A stretch of DNA of 64,000 bases from Paracoccaceae bacterium (GTDB lineage: Bacteria > Pseudomonadota > Alphaproteobacteria > Rhodobacterales > Rhodobacteraceae), in NCBI GenBank assembly GCA_965242975.1, contig CBDETS010000007.1:5099563-5163562 (forward strand), in the 5' to 3' direction. Of this stretch, positions 63,713-64,000 are shown piece after piece (positions within the stretch are counted from its first letter, which is position 1; every line of letters starts with the position of its first letter). A program made the translations under genes and the position numbers. Below the pieces are notes generated by a model. The model was not told the origin of the DNA, did no database searches, and saw nothing but the letters and a program-made list of their open reading frames with translations.

Positions 63713-64000
63713 ATGAAATTTGCCAAATCCCTACTTGTCGGCACGGCCCTGTCGCTCGGGTCCGTGTCAGCGGCGCTGGCAGCCGACAACGCAAAGGTCA
63801 CGATTTCGGATCTGACGTGGACCGGAGCGCGCGCAATCGGCTACGTGATCCAGGCGGTAATCGAGGGCCCGCTGGGTTCCGAGGCGGAAATCGTCGCGGG
63901 CCTGTCCGATGGTTCCGTCGTTGCCGCAGGCATGGACAAGGGTGACGGGTCCGCGGACGTCTACACCGATCTCTGGATGCCGAACAGGCAGGGAATCTGG
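63713..64000 (+). CDS. proX: Glycine betaine-type ABC transporter substrate-binding protein (3' end beyond window)
   Basis: ATG at 63713 follows an AAGGAAG Shine-Dalgarno. Signal peptide MKFAKSLLVGTALSLGSVSAALAA, then ..KVTISDLTWTGARAIGYVIQAVIEG...ADVYTDLWMPN.. The frame is open to the window end. Confidence 0.8.
   Translation, partial: MKFAKSLLVGTALSLGSVSAALAADNAKVTISDLTWTGARAIGYVIQAVIEGPLGSEAEIVAGLSDGSVVAAGMDKGDGSADVYTDLWMPNRQGIW

Noticed and set aside
1-64000. CRISPR arrays, rRNA/tRNA genes, integron attC sites, and intact transposases or integrases.
   Set aside because: I found no regularly spaced short repeats, no rRNA/tRNA-like conserved blocks, and only truncated recombinase or transposase fragments when reading both strands.

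Overview
The window is 64 kb of GC-rich DNA (roughly 60-65% by eye, not computed). Gene content and organisation look like an alphaproteobacterial (Rhodobacterales/Rhizobiales-type) chromosome or megaplasmid; this is inference from TTT transporters, LysR/AraC/LacI-regulated catabolic operons and pervasive ATGA start/stop overlaps. I found no rRNA, tRNA, CRISPR array or recognisable riboswitch. About 55 CDS look intact.

Layout, left to right:
- 1-8.9 kb: a decayed accessory stretch with resolvase and integrase fragments, an IS110 remnant, a peroxiredoxin with a broken ArsR-type regulator, and a TetR-controlled DUF1772 locus.
- 9.3-11.2 kb: a PII-like protein plus two DUF1538 membrane proteins.
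- 11.5-20.9 kb: a LysR-controlled 7-gene operon (tctCBA, an MBL hydrolase, three Cys-type sulfatases).
- 20.9-26.2 kb: an AT-richer island rich in toxin-antitoxin genes, holding a FitAB-like pair, a Phd/VapC pair, a dead Fic gene plus a second Fic 5' fragment, and an orphan DUF3883 nuclease-like gene.
- 26.2-38.3 kb: a desaturase, then AraC, a PhyH dioxygenase, an Opp/Dpp-type ABC importer and a GH38 alpha-mannosidase.
- 39.9-40.6 kb: a second FitAB-like pair.
- 41-57 kb: a large amino-acid/peptide-derivative catabolic cluster (two creatinase/prolidase-like M24 enzymes, PxpABC, two M20 amidohydrolases, a 2-hydroxyacid dehydrogenase, a GATase1, a DapA-like lyase and a second Dpp-type ABC importer).
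- 57.6-64 kb: a LacI-controlled DUF1989-GcvT fusion gene translationally coupled to an OpuA/ProVWX-type transporter.

Several otherwise conserved genes carry frameshifts or nonsense codons. These could be real decay or assembly error.

I cannot demonstrate a wholly new system from sequence alone. The best candidates for under-described biology are the DUF1989-GcvT/OpuA module, the TTT-MBL-triple-sulfatase operon, the PII-like/DUF1538 module, the DUF3883 gene in the TA island, and the PhyH/Opp-type/GH38 locus.
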